Sequence record: MZ574432.2
Reading direction: 5' to 3' (one strand)
Length of the DNA stretch: 64,000 nucleotides
Below the pieces are notes generated by a model, which was not told the origin of the DNA, did no database searches, and saw only the letters and a program-made list of their open reading frames with translations. The position numbers and the translations under genes are program-made. This document shows, in pieces, positions 35,536 to 43,656 of the stretch. How positions within the stretch are numbered: position 1 is the first letter of the stretch; every line of letters begins with the position of its first letter.

Positions 35536-35795
35536 GCCTCGCCGTACCAGCCGCCATGATCCTCGTCGGCCGGCGGGCGATAGTCCAGCAGCAGCGTCAA
35601 TTCGTCATCGGCGTAGGGGTGGATGTACCAGTCGCCCCAGTAGTCCTCGCCCAGGTCATAGTCATGCCCTTCCCAGACTTCCAGCTTCCCCTCGGCGATC
35701 GCCGCATGGAAGTCGGCGGCCGGCAGCGTCACGCGCGTGTCGTCCAGGCCGATGTGGTCGGCAAAGCGCAGATGGGCTGTGATGGTCTCGGACAT
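35529..35795 (-). CDS. acidic hypothetical protein (88 aa)
   Basis: ORF in the operon. Confidence 0.7.
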   Translation of the reverse strand: MSETITAHLRFADHIGLDDTRVTLPAADFHAAIAEGKLEVWEGHDYDLGEDYWGDWYIHPYADDELTLLLDYRPPADEDHGGWYGEAW

Positions 35796-35804
35796 GGATG
35801 GCGC

Positions 35805-36137
35805 CTAGCGAGCGACGGGCGCGGCGATCACCGGCCGGCGGTGCGTCGGCGTCCAGCCTTCGGGCTTGGGCGCGCCGTAGTCCACCGAGCAGTCGCCGGT
35901 GAGTTCCTGGGTGCGGCCCGAGGTCTGGCTGGTGTAGTAGAAGCCATCGCTCTCGCCGTGCTTGGACACCTTGCCGGTGGAGAAGTCGTCGACCGTGATG
36001 TACCCGCCGCTGAAGCAGGTGATCCGCGCGGGCTTGCCGTAGTTGCTGAAGCTGTAGTCGGCTTCGGCTTGGGTGCAGGCCGACAGGGCCGCAAGGCTCA
36101 GCGCCGAGGCGCCGGCGATCAACAGGGTCTTGAGCAT
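35805..36137 (-). CDS. lipoprotein (110 aa)
   Basis: Signal peptide with lipobox LSA-C; GAGGA SD. Confidence 0.8.
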   Translation of the reverse strand: MLKTLLIAGASALSLAALSACTQAEADYSFSNYGKPARITCFSGGYITVDDFSTGKVSKHGESDGFYYTSQTSGRTQELTGDCSVDYGAPKPEGWTPTHRRPVIAAPVAR

Positions 36138-36149
36138 GGTGTCCTCGTG

Positions 36150-36198
36150 CTGTGATGTTGCATGACACCTACGGCGTCACCATGTCACTGTCAACAGC
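36150..36198 (-). promoter_or_regulatory. putative promoter for the lipoprotein operon
   Basis: Reverse complement GCTGTTGACAGTGACATGG.. upstream of the SD. Confidence 0.45.
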
Positions 36199-36199
36199 A

Positions 36200-36436
36200 T
36201 TATGGCGCCAGCACCAGCCCCGCTTCCATCCAGGCGTCATCGACCTCGCCGTTCACCGCCACCGGCTCGTTGAGATAGATGATCCGCACCACTGGATCGT
36301 CGACCAGTCGCCGCCGCCGGCCGTCAAAGGCCAAGCGCTGGAACGGCGAGGCGCCCTCGACGATCCGCGTCGTCCCGGCCGGCCATTCGGGATGGGTGAC
36401 GACGTCGCCGGTGTTAAGGGAATGGGGCTCAGCCAT
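36200..36436 (-). CDS. hypothetical protein (78 aa)
   Basis: ORF in the operon. Confidence 0.7.
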   Translation of the reverse strand: MAEPHSLNTGDVVTHPEWPAGTTRIVEGASPFQRLAFDGRRRRLVDDPVVRIIYLNEPVAVNGEVDDAWMEAGLVLAP

Positions 36437-36439
36437 GGG

Positions 36440-36736
36440 TCACCACATCGAGCGCTCGGGATCGAAGTCTCGCGTCAGCGCATGCACCGACATCGATTCC
36501 ACCACCGCGTCGTCCCAGCGGAACATGCCGATGACGTCCTTGAACACCTCGGTGATCTCGATGGTCCACACGCCGGCCGGCAGGTCATCCTCGTCCCTGG
36601 ACCGGAAGGTCAGGACATCGCCCTTGCGCAGGGTCAGCGCGTCGCCGCGCGTCCAGTTGTCGCTCCAGACCTTGTGGACCGTGTCCCCGTGGCCGATGTG
36701 GAACTGGATGTTGATCTGCTTGTCGCTCATGCGCAC
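36440..36736 (-). CDS. hypothetical protein (98 aa), ALTLRKG family
   Basis: Shares a motif with 36727, 37566 and 38199. Confidence 0.7.
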   Translation of the reverse strand: MRMSDKQINIQFHIGHGDTVHKVWSDNWTRGDALTLRKGDVLTFRSRDEDDLPAGVWTIEITEVFKDVIGMFRWDDAVVESMSVHALTRDFDPERSMW

Positions 36737-37023
36737 ATCTCGTCTTCGGGATCGTAGCCGATCAGCGTTGCGAACACCTCAAGGTGCCAGAGCGCGGCGG
36801 CGGCGGGGTGATCGAAATCGTCGGCGACCTTGATCACCGAGATCAGGTGGAGGAGATGGCGCCCGGCGGGCAAATTATCGACCCCGTGGACGAACACCTG
36901 CTTGAGGTAGTCGCCGCCTTTGAGCGACAGCGCCAGATCGGTCGGCCAGCGCCCGGAGATCACCGTGGCCACGGGATCGCCTTCACCATCGCGGATGATC
37001 AGCTTGACAGTACAGGTGCTCAC
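36727..37023 (-). CDS. hypothetical protein (98 aa), ALSLKGG family
   Basis: Coupled ORF. Confidence 0.7.
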   Translation of the reverse strand: MSTCTVKLIIRDGEGDPVATVISGRWPTDLALSLKGGDYLKQVFVHGVDNLPAGRHLLHLISVIKVADDFDHPAAAALWHLEVFATLIGYDPEDEMCA

Positions 37024-37295
37024 GGTCGGTTTCCTCTCAACTCTTCGCGCCGCGCCTGGGCGACAAGATCGCAGGCGGTCCCGTGGATTTGCTCCAGCAC
37101 CGCCAAACTGACCTGCGCCTCGGCGATACCATCTGTGATCCGGCTAATCTCCTCGAAGAAGCGAGGATCATCAGGGTTCAGCATCAACTCGCAGTAGCGC
37201 AGCGACAGGTTCTCGATGTGCTGGCGGATCGCCACCTTCTTGGAACCGATCGACGCGGCGACACGACTGCGCTCCGCCAGCGACACGCTAGTCAT
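37020..37295 (-). CDS. helical hypothetical protein (91 aa)
   Basis: Start MTSVSLAE. Confidence 0.7.
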   Translation of the reverse strand: MTSVSLAERSRVAASIGSKKVAIRQHIENLSLRYCELMLNPDDPRFFEEISRITDGIAEAQVSLAVLEQIHGTACDLVAQARREELRGNRP

Positions 37296-37566
37296 GCGGC
37301 GGCGCCCACAGATCGTTGTTGACCGCTTCGGCGCCGCGCAGCACCTCCCGCAGGAGCGCCTCATCCGAGATCGCCGAGCGCAGGTCCGCGCCCATGGTCG
37401 CCATGAGACAAGCGACCGCCATTGGCGAGCTACCCTTGGCCTTGAGCATGCGCAGACCGATCGCCTTGGACAGCGACTTCACCCGCCCCTCGGCGGCGCG
37501 AAGCTGCGAGCGCAAGGTCGCGACCAGTTCGGAGGCCTCGCGCTGCTCGTCGGTCATCTCGATCAT
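37288..37566 (-). CDS. hypothetical protein (92 aa)
   Basis: Coupled ORF. Confidence 0.7.
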   Translation of the reverse strand: MIEMTDEQREASELVATLRSQLRAAEGRVKSLSKAIGLRMLKAKGSSPMAVACLMATMGADLRSAISDEALLREVLRGAEAVNNDLWAPPHD

Positions 37567-37796
37567 CAGCCCTGCTTTCCCATCGGCGTCACGTCCGCGC
37601 GGATGTCGCTGACCACGATGCCGGCCGGCGCGCCGTGCTGCTCGACCGTCTCGATGTCGCGCACCACCTGACCGACCACCCAGAAGGCGCCGGCCTGCTT
37701 GAAGGTCGAGCCCTCCTCGATCGTCAGGGCCGCCTCCTGCTGGGTGTGGAACGACGCCACGCGCGTGCCTTCGTGCCAGAACTCAACCCGCGTCAT
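37566..37796 (-). CDS. hypothetical protein (76 aa)
   Basis: Start MTRVEFW. Confidence 0.7.
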   Translation of the reverse strand: MTRVEFWHEGTRVASFHTQQEAALTIEEGSTFKQAGAFWVVGQVVRDIETVEQHGAPAGIVVSDIRADVTPMGKQG

Positions 37797-38202
37797 GCGC
37801 CGCCTTTCGTTCAGCCCGCAGCCGCTCCATGGTCGAGGCGACAAGCTCGCGGTCGAGCCAGATCACCATGCCGAACTTGTCCAGGCCCCTGTCGAACGAG
37901 ATGGTGTTCTCCGTCTCGAACGACACGATCGTCGAGCCCCGCGAGGCGCTCCAGTCCAGGTCGCGCACGCAGGTGTCCAGCGGCTGGAAGCCGATCGCCG
38001 CATCGCCCACGGCGTTGAGCAGCGTCGTCATCGTGATCGGACCCTTCGGGGCCGGCACGACATCGTCGACGATCGACATCAGGAAGAGAGCTTCCTTGGC
38101 CTCGTCCATCGCGACCTGGAGCGTCGGGCTCCAGGCCTCGCCGGACTTGACGGCGCTGGCCAGCATCGCCAGGGCCGCGCCGATCTTGGCGCTGTGGCTC
38201 AT
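37783..38202 (-). CDS. hypothetical protein (139 aa)
   Basis: Coupled ORF. Confidence 0.75.
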   Translation of the reverse strand: MSHSAKIGAALAMLASAVKSGEAWSPTLQVAMDEAKEALFLMSIVDDVVPAPKGPITMTTLLNAVGDAAIGFQPLDTCVRDLDWSASRGSTIVSFETENTISFDRGLDKFGMVIWLDRELVASTMERLRAERKAAHDAG

Positions 38203-38534
38203 TCCGTAGGGTCTCCCGGCCGATGGGTGATCAGCACCTTGATGTCGACCGAACTGACGAAGCCTTCCCAGCCCTTTTGTCCATTCTTGGTTTCGAACGG
38301 CGTCGTGATGACGGTCTTAGCCAGATCGATGATGCGACCGACATAGCCGCCGGCCTCCAGCCGATGGCCATCAAAGTCCCCGCCCATGGCGTGGAAGCTG
38401 ATCTCCTCGCCGATGCGCAGCGACAGAGCATGGCCCTCAGGCATCGGCCCCAGGCTGTACTCGGTCGGCCACAGCTTCACACCCCTGGTCGGGTAGTGAA
38501 GCTCGGCAAAGACCATCATGGTGTCCTTGGCCAT
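38199..38534 (-). CDS. hypothetical protein (111 aa), ALSLRIG family
   Basis: Start MAKDTMM. Confidence 0.7.
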   Translation of the reverse strand: MAKDTMMVFAELHYPTRGVKLWPTEYSLGPMPEGHALSLRIGEEISFHAMGGDFDGHRLEAGGYVGRIIDLAKTVITTPFETKNGQKGWEGFVSSVDIKVLITHRPGDPTE

Positions 38535-38535
38535 G

Positions 38536-39291
38536 TCAGCCCCCGTTGGCGATCTGCGACGCCAGCTTGCCGTCGAAACGGCCGGCATGATGCGTCTTCA
38601 GGTACGCCATGATCTCGCCGATCTTGGCGTCGGCCTTGGCCGCCTTGAACGCAGCGATCACGCCACGCAGTTCGTCCTCGGTCAGCGGCGTCGGCGCGGC
38701 CGGCAGATAAGTGCCCAGGAGCGCGGCTTCCATCAGCGCCTTTTCGGCGCCGGCCTTGTCGCCGCGCTTCTCCAGGGCGATGGCCGAGGCCTGCGCGCCC
38801 TTGTAGAAGTTGCGCACGACCTCGATCACCTCCTCGTCGGTCGGGTCTTCCTTGGCCTTCTGGGCCAGATCATACAGCGCCTGCTCCAGACGACCCAGCG
38901 GCCAGCCCTCGGCTTCGGCCTGCTGCTCGGCGGCGGCGATCGCGCTGCCCTCCATGGCGGCGAACTCGTCGTTGACGACGTTGATGGCGTCAAGCACCAC
39001 CTGCTCGCCCCGGCCGGCATAGTCGGCCTGCACCTTTTCCAGGGCGGCGGCGCGCAGCGGCTTGAAGAAGGCGATCGTGTCCTTGCGGGCTTGTTCGAGT
39101 TGACCCAGCGGCCACTTCTCGACCTCGGCCTGCTTGCGGATGGGCTTGGCGCCCTCATTGTACTTGGTCGCCGCGACCGAGTTGGTCAGTTCCGAAAGCA
39201 GCAGCGACAGCAGCGTGGCCTCGGCCACCCGCGCGGGTTTTTCGGACTTGGCGCTGGCGAGGTCGGCGCGGATTACATTGATGAGGCTCAT
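38536..39291 (-). CDS. GatB/YqeY-domain protein with a large internal insertion
   Basis: MSL..IRADL..A N-terminus and TDEEVIEVV..E..LL..YLP..LTEDEL..IGEIM..L...GRFDGK C-terminus. Confidence 0.8.
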   Translation of the reverse strand: MSLINVIRADLASAKSEKPARVAEATLLSLLLSELTNSVAATKYNEGAKPIRKQAEVEKWPLGQLEQARKDTIAFFKPLRAAALEKVQADYAGRGEQVVLDAINVVNDEFAAMEGSAIAAAEQQAEAEGWPLGRLEQALYDLAQKAKEDPTDEEVIEVVRNFYKGAQASAIALEKRGDKAGAEKALMEAALLGTYLPAAPTPLTEDELRGVIAAFKAAKADAKIGEIMAYLKTHHAGRFDGKLASQIANGG

Positions 39292-39534
39292 GAAAACTCC
39301 CGATTGCGGGACGCAGTAGGCCCCAACTTAAAATAGAATACGCGCGCCGCCTTCATCATTCTCGGCGGCGCGCTGGCTCTGATCGGCCGGATTGGCTCCG
39401 GTGGGCGAAAGACTACTTCATGACCGCCTCCTGGGTGGCTCTGTAGCCGCGCCCTCGTCGTTATGGAGCGCAGCCTGGATCAAGATGACGGAACCTCTAC
39501 CGATCCGAGCAGGGTGTCAACAGAAAAATCGCGG

Positions 39535-39572
39535 TGACGTAATTCTTGACACGTGTCGTTAACCATGTCACA
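39535..39572 (+). promoter_or_regulatory. late/middle-type promoter motif with a CtrA half-site
   Basis: TGACGTAATTCTTGACACGTGTCGTTAACCATGTCA. Confidence 0.65.
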
Positions 39573-39706
39573 CCGGCCTCACGGTCGAGCCGCATCCCGC
39601 GACCCGATCGTTCTTTCGTCATCGGCCTTGGGCGGGGCCAGTAAAGCCGGATCAGCATGCCGGCCTGAATACCCCGCCTCTTTTTTCAGACCGCGAACCG
39701 ACCAAT

Positions 39707-41515
39707 ATGGCTGGCCAATCCGCCAACTCCGTCAATATCGAACGCGTCTCGCGCGCCGTGTCCAACACGACGAACGCGATCGTCCACCCGGAGTACCAGT
39801 ATTGGCTGCCCGACTGGGTCAAGCTACGCGACACCCTGGCTGGCCAGCGCGTCGTCAAGTCCAAGGGCGAGGCCTACCTGCCCCGGAACCTCGGCGCTGA
39901 AGCCCTGGAATACAAGGCCTATCTCGACGGCGCAATCTTCTTCAACATGGTCGATCAGACCCTGAACGGCATGACCGGTCAGGTCTTCCGGCGCGCGCCG
40001 GTGATCCGCAACCTGCCCGAAAAGCTCCAGGACAAGATCATCCACCTGGGCCAGGACGGCTCCAGCCATGTCGCCTTCACCAAGACCGTCGTGCGCGAAG
40101 TCTGCGCCATGGGCCGCTACGGCGTCCTTGTCGACGCGCCCAAGACCTCCGGCGACAGCTACGCCGTCGGCTACCGCGCCGAGGACATCCTGGACTGGAC
40201 CATCGAGAGCATCGGTGGCGTCCAGCGTCTGACCCGCGTGCTGCTGCGTGAATTCAAGCGCGTCCAATCGACCCTGACCGGCCGCGCCAAGGTGCGCAGC
40301 GGCGGCCAGACCTACCAGTACGAGACCGTCTACCGCGAACTGGTCCTGGAATTCGTCGACGGCCGCTGGACCTACTTCCAGAACATCTACGACAAGGGCG
40401 GCCCCCAGGGCGTGCCGACCGACATCATCCGTCCGGTCATCAACGGCAACCCGCTGACGGCGATCCCGTTCGTCTTCTTCGGCCCGACGGGCAACACGCC
40501 CGACTGCGAAAAGCCGCCGCTGATCGACATCGCCGAACTGAACCTGTCGCACTACGAAGACTATGCCGACTTCCAGCACGGCAAGAAGTACACCTCCCTG
40601 CCGATCTACGTCGTGCCGGGCGGCAGCGAAGGCGGCGCCGACGAGTACAAGATCGGTCCCAACACCATTTGGGAAGTGCCGATCAACTCCAAGCCCGAAA
40701 TCCTGGAGTACAAGGGTGACGGCCTGAAGACCCAGGCCAACGCCCTGTCGACCAAGGAGCGCCAGATCGCCGCGATCGGCGGCCGGCTGCTGCCGGGCAT
40801 GGGGCAGGGCATCTCGGAGTCGAGCGAGCAGGCGACCATGCGCGGCGCCTCCGAGCAGTCGATCCTGCTCAACGTCATCCTGTCCGTCCAGGACGGCATG
40901 TCGCTGGTCCTGCGCTACTGGGCCGCGTGGCGCGACGTGCCCATGGCCACCACCGCCCAGGTCCGCTACGTCATCAATTCCAACTTCCTGGTCGGTCACG
41001 TCGACGCCCGCGTGCTGCGCGCCCTACAGATGCTGTGGGAAGCCGGCCTCGTGCCGATCGAGGTGCTGTTCGACAACCTGCGCGACCTGGAGGTCCTGTC
41101 CGACGACTGGACCCTGGAGATGTTCATCGAGCGCATGCAGGACCCGACCGCCTTCGTCAACAACCCCGACGCCCAGGCCAAGACGCGCGGCTACGCCAGC
41201 CGCAAGCAGGAACTGGACGAGGCCGCCCGCAAGATCGAGCAAGGCCAGCAGGACCGCGCCCTGGACATCCAGGAAGAGAGCATCGACGGCCTGGACGACG
41301 GCGACGTGCTGCGCAAGCGCGAGGACCAGCAGATGGACTTCGAGCGCCAGCAGCACGAGGACCAGATGCAGTTCCAGTACGACAAGCTGGCCTCCGACGA
41401 GGCCCTGGCCAAGCAGAAACTGGCGACCCAGAAGGCGATCGCGGCCAAGGCCGCCCAACGCCCGGCCGTCCCGGCGCAACAACCCAGCCGGCCGCCGGCC
41501 GGTGGTCAAACCTAA
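39707..41515 (+). CDS. portal protein (DUF4055-type)
   Basis: 602 aa; HPEY..W..LRD..G..K..YLP N-terminus, IPFVF and PPLIDIAELNLSHY motifs; positioned upstream of the head genes. Confidence 0.85.
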   Translation: MAGQSANSVNIERVSRAVSNTTNAIVHPEYQYWLPDWVKLRDTLAGQRVVKSKGEAYLPRNLGAEALEYKAYLDGAIFFNMVDQTLNGMTGQVFRRAPVIRNLPEKLQDKIIHLGQDGSSHVAFTKTVVREVCAMGRYGVLVDAPKTSGDSYAVGYRAEDILDWTIESIGGVQRLTRVLLREFKRVQSTLTGRAKVRSGGQTYQYETVYRELVLEFVDGRWTYFQNIYDKGGPQGVPTDIIRPVINGNPLTAIPFVFFGPTGNTPDCEKPPLIDIAELNLSHYEDYADFQHGKKYTSLPIYVVPGGSEGGADEYKIGPNTIWEVPINSKPEILEYKGDGLKTQANALSTKERQIAAIGGRLLPGMGQGISESSEQATMRGASEQSILLNVILSVQDGMSLVLRYWAAWRDVPMATTAQVRYVINSNFLVGHVDARVLRALQMLWEAGLVPIEVLFDNLRDLEVLSDDWTLEMFIERMQDPTAFVNNPDAQAKTRGYASRKQELDEAARKIEQGQQDRALDIQEESIDGLDDGDVLRKREDQQMDFERQQHEDQMQFQYDKLASDEALAKQKLATQKAIAAKAAQRPAVPAQQPSRPPAGGQT

Positions 41516-41533
41516 GCTAGATCAGACAGTTCC

Positions 41534-41698
41534 ATGACTACCCCGCGTTACGAGTCCTACGAAGACTTCGTCCATGACCTGGACCAGTCCGGCCATCTCT
41601 CCGACGATCCCTTCGGGATCGATCTGGACATCGGGGCGCTCGACGACGCTGACCTCGAACTGCTGATCCCCACCGCCAAGAAGAAGAAGGCGACCTGA
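41534..41698 (+). CDS. small acidic protein (54 aa)
   Basis: Manual translation MTTPRYESYEDF.. Confidence 0.65.
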   Translation: MTTPRYESYEDFVHDLDQSGHLSDDPFGIDLDIGALDDADLELLIPTAKKKKAT

Positions 41699-41700
41699 TC

Positions 41701-41835
41701 ATGAGCACCACCACCGACGCCCTGGGCGCCAAGGCCGAGACCGCCATCGGCAAGGCCGCCGCCTGGGTCCAGGCCCACACCACCATGGTGCTGGTCTTCA
41801 TCCTCGGCTTCGCCGCCGGCGTCCTGTTCGTCTGA
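41701..41835 (+). CDS. small membrane protein (44 aa)
   Basis: C-terminal VLVFILGFAAGVLFV. Confidence 0.65.
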   Translation: MSTTTDALGAKAETAIGKAAAWVQAHTTMVLVFILGFAAGVLFV

Positions 41836-42010
41836 TCCCGACGCGGTCCCTGAAACGATAGGGGACCTCTGGCCGCGCCCTTTTGAAAAACGCCCGCGCG
41901 GGGGGCGAGCCTGAGACCCTCCACCGTCTCCAGCCCTGGCTGCTTTTGAAACCTGATCGGTCGCCAGGGCGCCGGCCAGACCAACAATCCCACCCGACGG
42001 GAACATTCCG

Positions 42011-42247
42011 ATGACCTTCCATTACGACGCGCTCGACGAGTGCGTGAACTCGTGCGCGCCGGCTCCGACGATCTCGGTGGTGCGCGGCCTCTTCATCGAC
42101 GACGGTGACAAGGCCCTGGGCAGCCCGCGCTTTGTCGCCTCCGAGGCTGGCCGCTTCATCGACATCACCACGCCGGCCTTCGAAGGCGTGCTGCATGAGG
42201 ACGAGGCCTATCCGCTGCTCAAGCAACTGACGGCGGTGCTCCTGTGA
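42011..42247 (+). CDS. hypothetical protein (78 aa)
   Basis: ORF. Confidence 0.7.
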   Translation: MTFHYDALDECVNSCAPAPTISVVRGLFIDDGDKALGSPRFVASEAGRFIDITTPAFEGVLHEDEAYPLLKQLTAVLL

Positions 42248-42453
42248 GCCCCTTCATCACCCTGACCCTGGCGGTTGAATACGACGACGTCGAGGTGACG
42301 CTGAACGCCATCATGGTCGAGGCCTTCTTCGCCAGCGCCAGCATCGCGGGCGTCACCGAGGTCCGCACCACGAGCGGCAAGGGCTACAACGTCCGTGAGA
42401 CCTACGAGGTCGTCAAGGAGCGCGTGGCCGCCGGCCTGCGCTGGGAGGCGTAA
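42244..42453 (+). CDS. FlbD/SwrD (PF06289)-like small protein 1
   Basis: FITLT..LN..VE..T.V....G..Y.V.E..E.V pattern. Confidence 0.55.
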   Translation: MSPFITLTLAVEYDDVEVTLNAIMVEAFFASASIAGVTEVRTTSGKGYNVRETYEVVKERVAAGLRWEA

Positions 42454-42459
42454 AGCCCC

Positions 42460-42717
42460 ATGTTCGTCAAGCTCACCCACGCCCATGGCAGCGAGGCCAC
42501 CGAGGACCTCTACGTCAACCCGCTCAACATCATCGCGATCCGAGCCGACGGCGCCAACGCCCGGCTCTACGCGACCGATGGCGGCCTTTATCCGGTCGCC
42601 GAGAGCGCCGGCGACGTGGCCGAGGTCTTCGCCCAGGCGCTCGACACCAACCGTGAAAGCAACGACGCCATGCAGACGCTGCTGTCGCTGTTCGTCCAGA
42701 GGAGCCCCGCGTCGTGA
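42460..42717 (+). CDS. FlbD/SwrD-like small protein 2
   Basis: MFVKLT..YVNP..I..I..G..Y.V.ES...V. Confidence 0.6.
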   Translation: MFVKLTHAHGSEATEDLYVNPLNIIAIRADGANARLYATDGGLYPVAESAGDVAEVFAQALDTNRESNDAMQTLLSLFVQRSPAS

Positions 42718-43052
42718 TCATCCTGCATCGCAAGCACCCGGTCGGCGGCGGCCAGTTCACCATCCAGCGCATCGCCATTCGACCGAGCGCCCTGGACTTG
42801 ATCATCGAGACCGCCCCCGACGCCCCGGCCACCATCGAAGTCAGCGGCGACCGCTATGACGTCGTCGAGACCTTCGAGCAGATCACCGGCCTGATCGGCT
42901 GCTGGAAGCACAGCGACATCCTGATCAGGGGTCACGCCCTGGCCAAGGGCGAATCGCTCCAGGACTTCCATCTGGCCGGCATCGAGTACGAGCCCGGCGC
43001 CGCTGAGAAGCACGAAGAGATGGTTCTGGTCTTGAACCCCTGGACCGAATGA
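42714..43052 (+). CDS. FlbD/SwrD-like small protein 3
   Basis: MIILHR..I.P..I.ET..TI.VSG..Y.V.ET.EQI. Confidence 0.55.
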   Translation: MIILHRKHPVGGGQFTIQRIAIRPSALDLIIETAPDAPATIEVSGDRYDVVETFEQITGLIGCWKHSDILIRGHALAKGESLQDFHLAGIEYEPGAAEKHEEMVLVLNPWTE

Positions 43053-43324
43053 TCGTCGTTCACTGCCATTTCGCGCCCAACGAGGCGATCTTCCTCCACC
43101 CCGAGCGGATCACCAAGTTGCACAAGCCCTCGACCACGCAACTGTGGGTCGAAGGCTATGAGTGCTGCCTTCAGATCAAGGAGACCCCCGAACAGGTCGC
43201 CAAGCTCTGCGCGGCCTGGGCCGATCGCTGGCGGTGGGAAGACTTCAACAACGCAACCGCCAACTACGCCGTCTTCGACAAGGAAGCCGGCGTGGTGGTC
43301 TTCAACTTCAGCGAAAGACCCTGA
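43049..43324 (+). CDS. FlbD/SwrD-like small protein 4
   Basis: IFLHPERI..T.L.V.G..I.ET.EQV. Confidence 0.5.
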   Translation: MIVVHCHFAPNEAIFLHPERITKLHKPSTTQLWVEGYECCLQIKETPEQVAKLCAAWADRWRWEDFNNATANYAVFDKEAGVVVFNFSERP

Positions 43325-43572
43325 TGAGCAAGCACACCGACAGCCTCATGGCTGACTGCCAGAAGCTGGTCGCCCTGACCGAGAAGATCACCGAGGCCTC
43401 CGACGGCCTGCGCGACCTGATCGTCCAGATTCCGAGGAGCCGCGAGGGCGCCCTGGCCCTGACCAAGCTCGACGAGTTGGACTACTGGGCCGGCCGCGCC
43501 ATGCGCGAAATCCTCGAACCGATCCTGGGCGAGCTTCAGGAAGCCGGCCTCGTCAAGATCACCGAAGCCTAA
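43324..43572 (+). CDS. Acb2/Tad1-like helical-hairpin protein (candidate anti-defence)
   Basis: SREGALALTKLDELDYWAGRAM motif. Confidence 0.55.
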   Translation: MSKHTDSLMADCQKLVALTEKITEASDGLRDLIVQIPRSREGALALTKLDELDYWAGRAMREILEPILGELQEAGLVKITEA

Positions 43573-43631
43573 CTGGCCACATTTGGCCAGTTAGCCCCGG
43601 TTCTCCCTCACATCTGGCCACATTTGGCCAC
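43570..43631. repeat. two copies of the palindrome CTGGCCA-CATT-TGGCCA(G/C)
   Basis: First copy has a 10-bp stem (43570-43593); second copy at 43614-43631. Confidence 0.8.
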
Positions 43632-43656
43632 TTAAGCCTAAGCCAAAGACCACGCT

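Noticed and set aside
39824-41520. long antisense and alternative-frame ORFs (also 44618-45949, 53099-54367, 57635-58480, 60615-62976 and many in the early array)
   Set aside because: These are shadow ORFs expected from high GC3 codon bias opposite real genes; they have no SD and no recognisable motifs.
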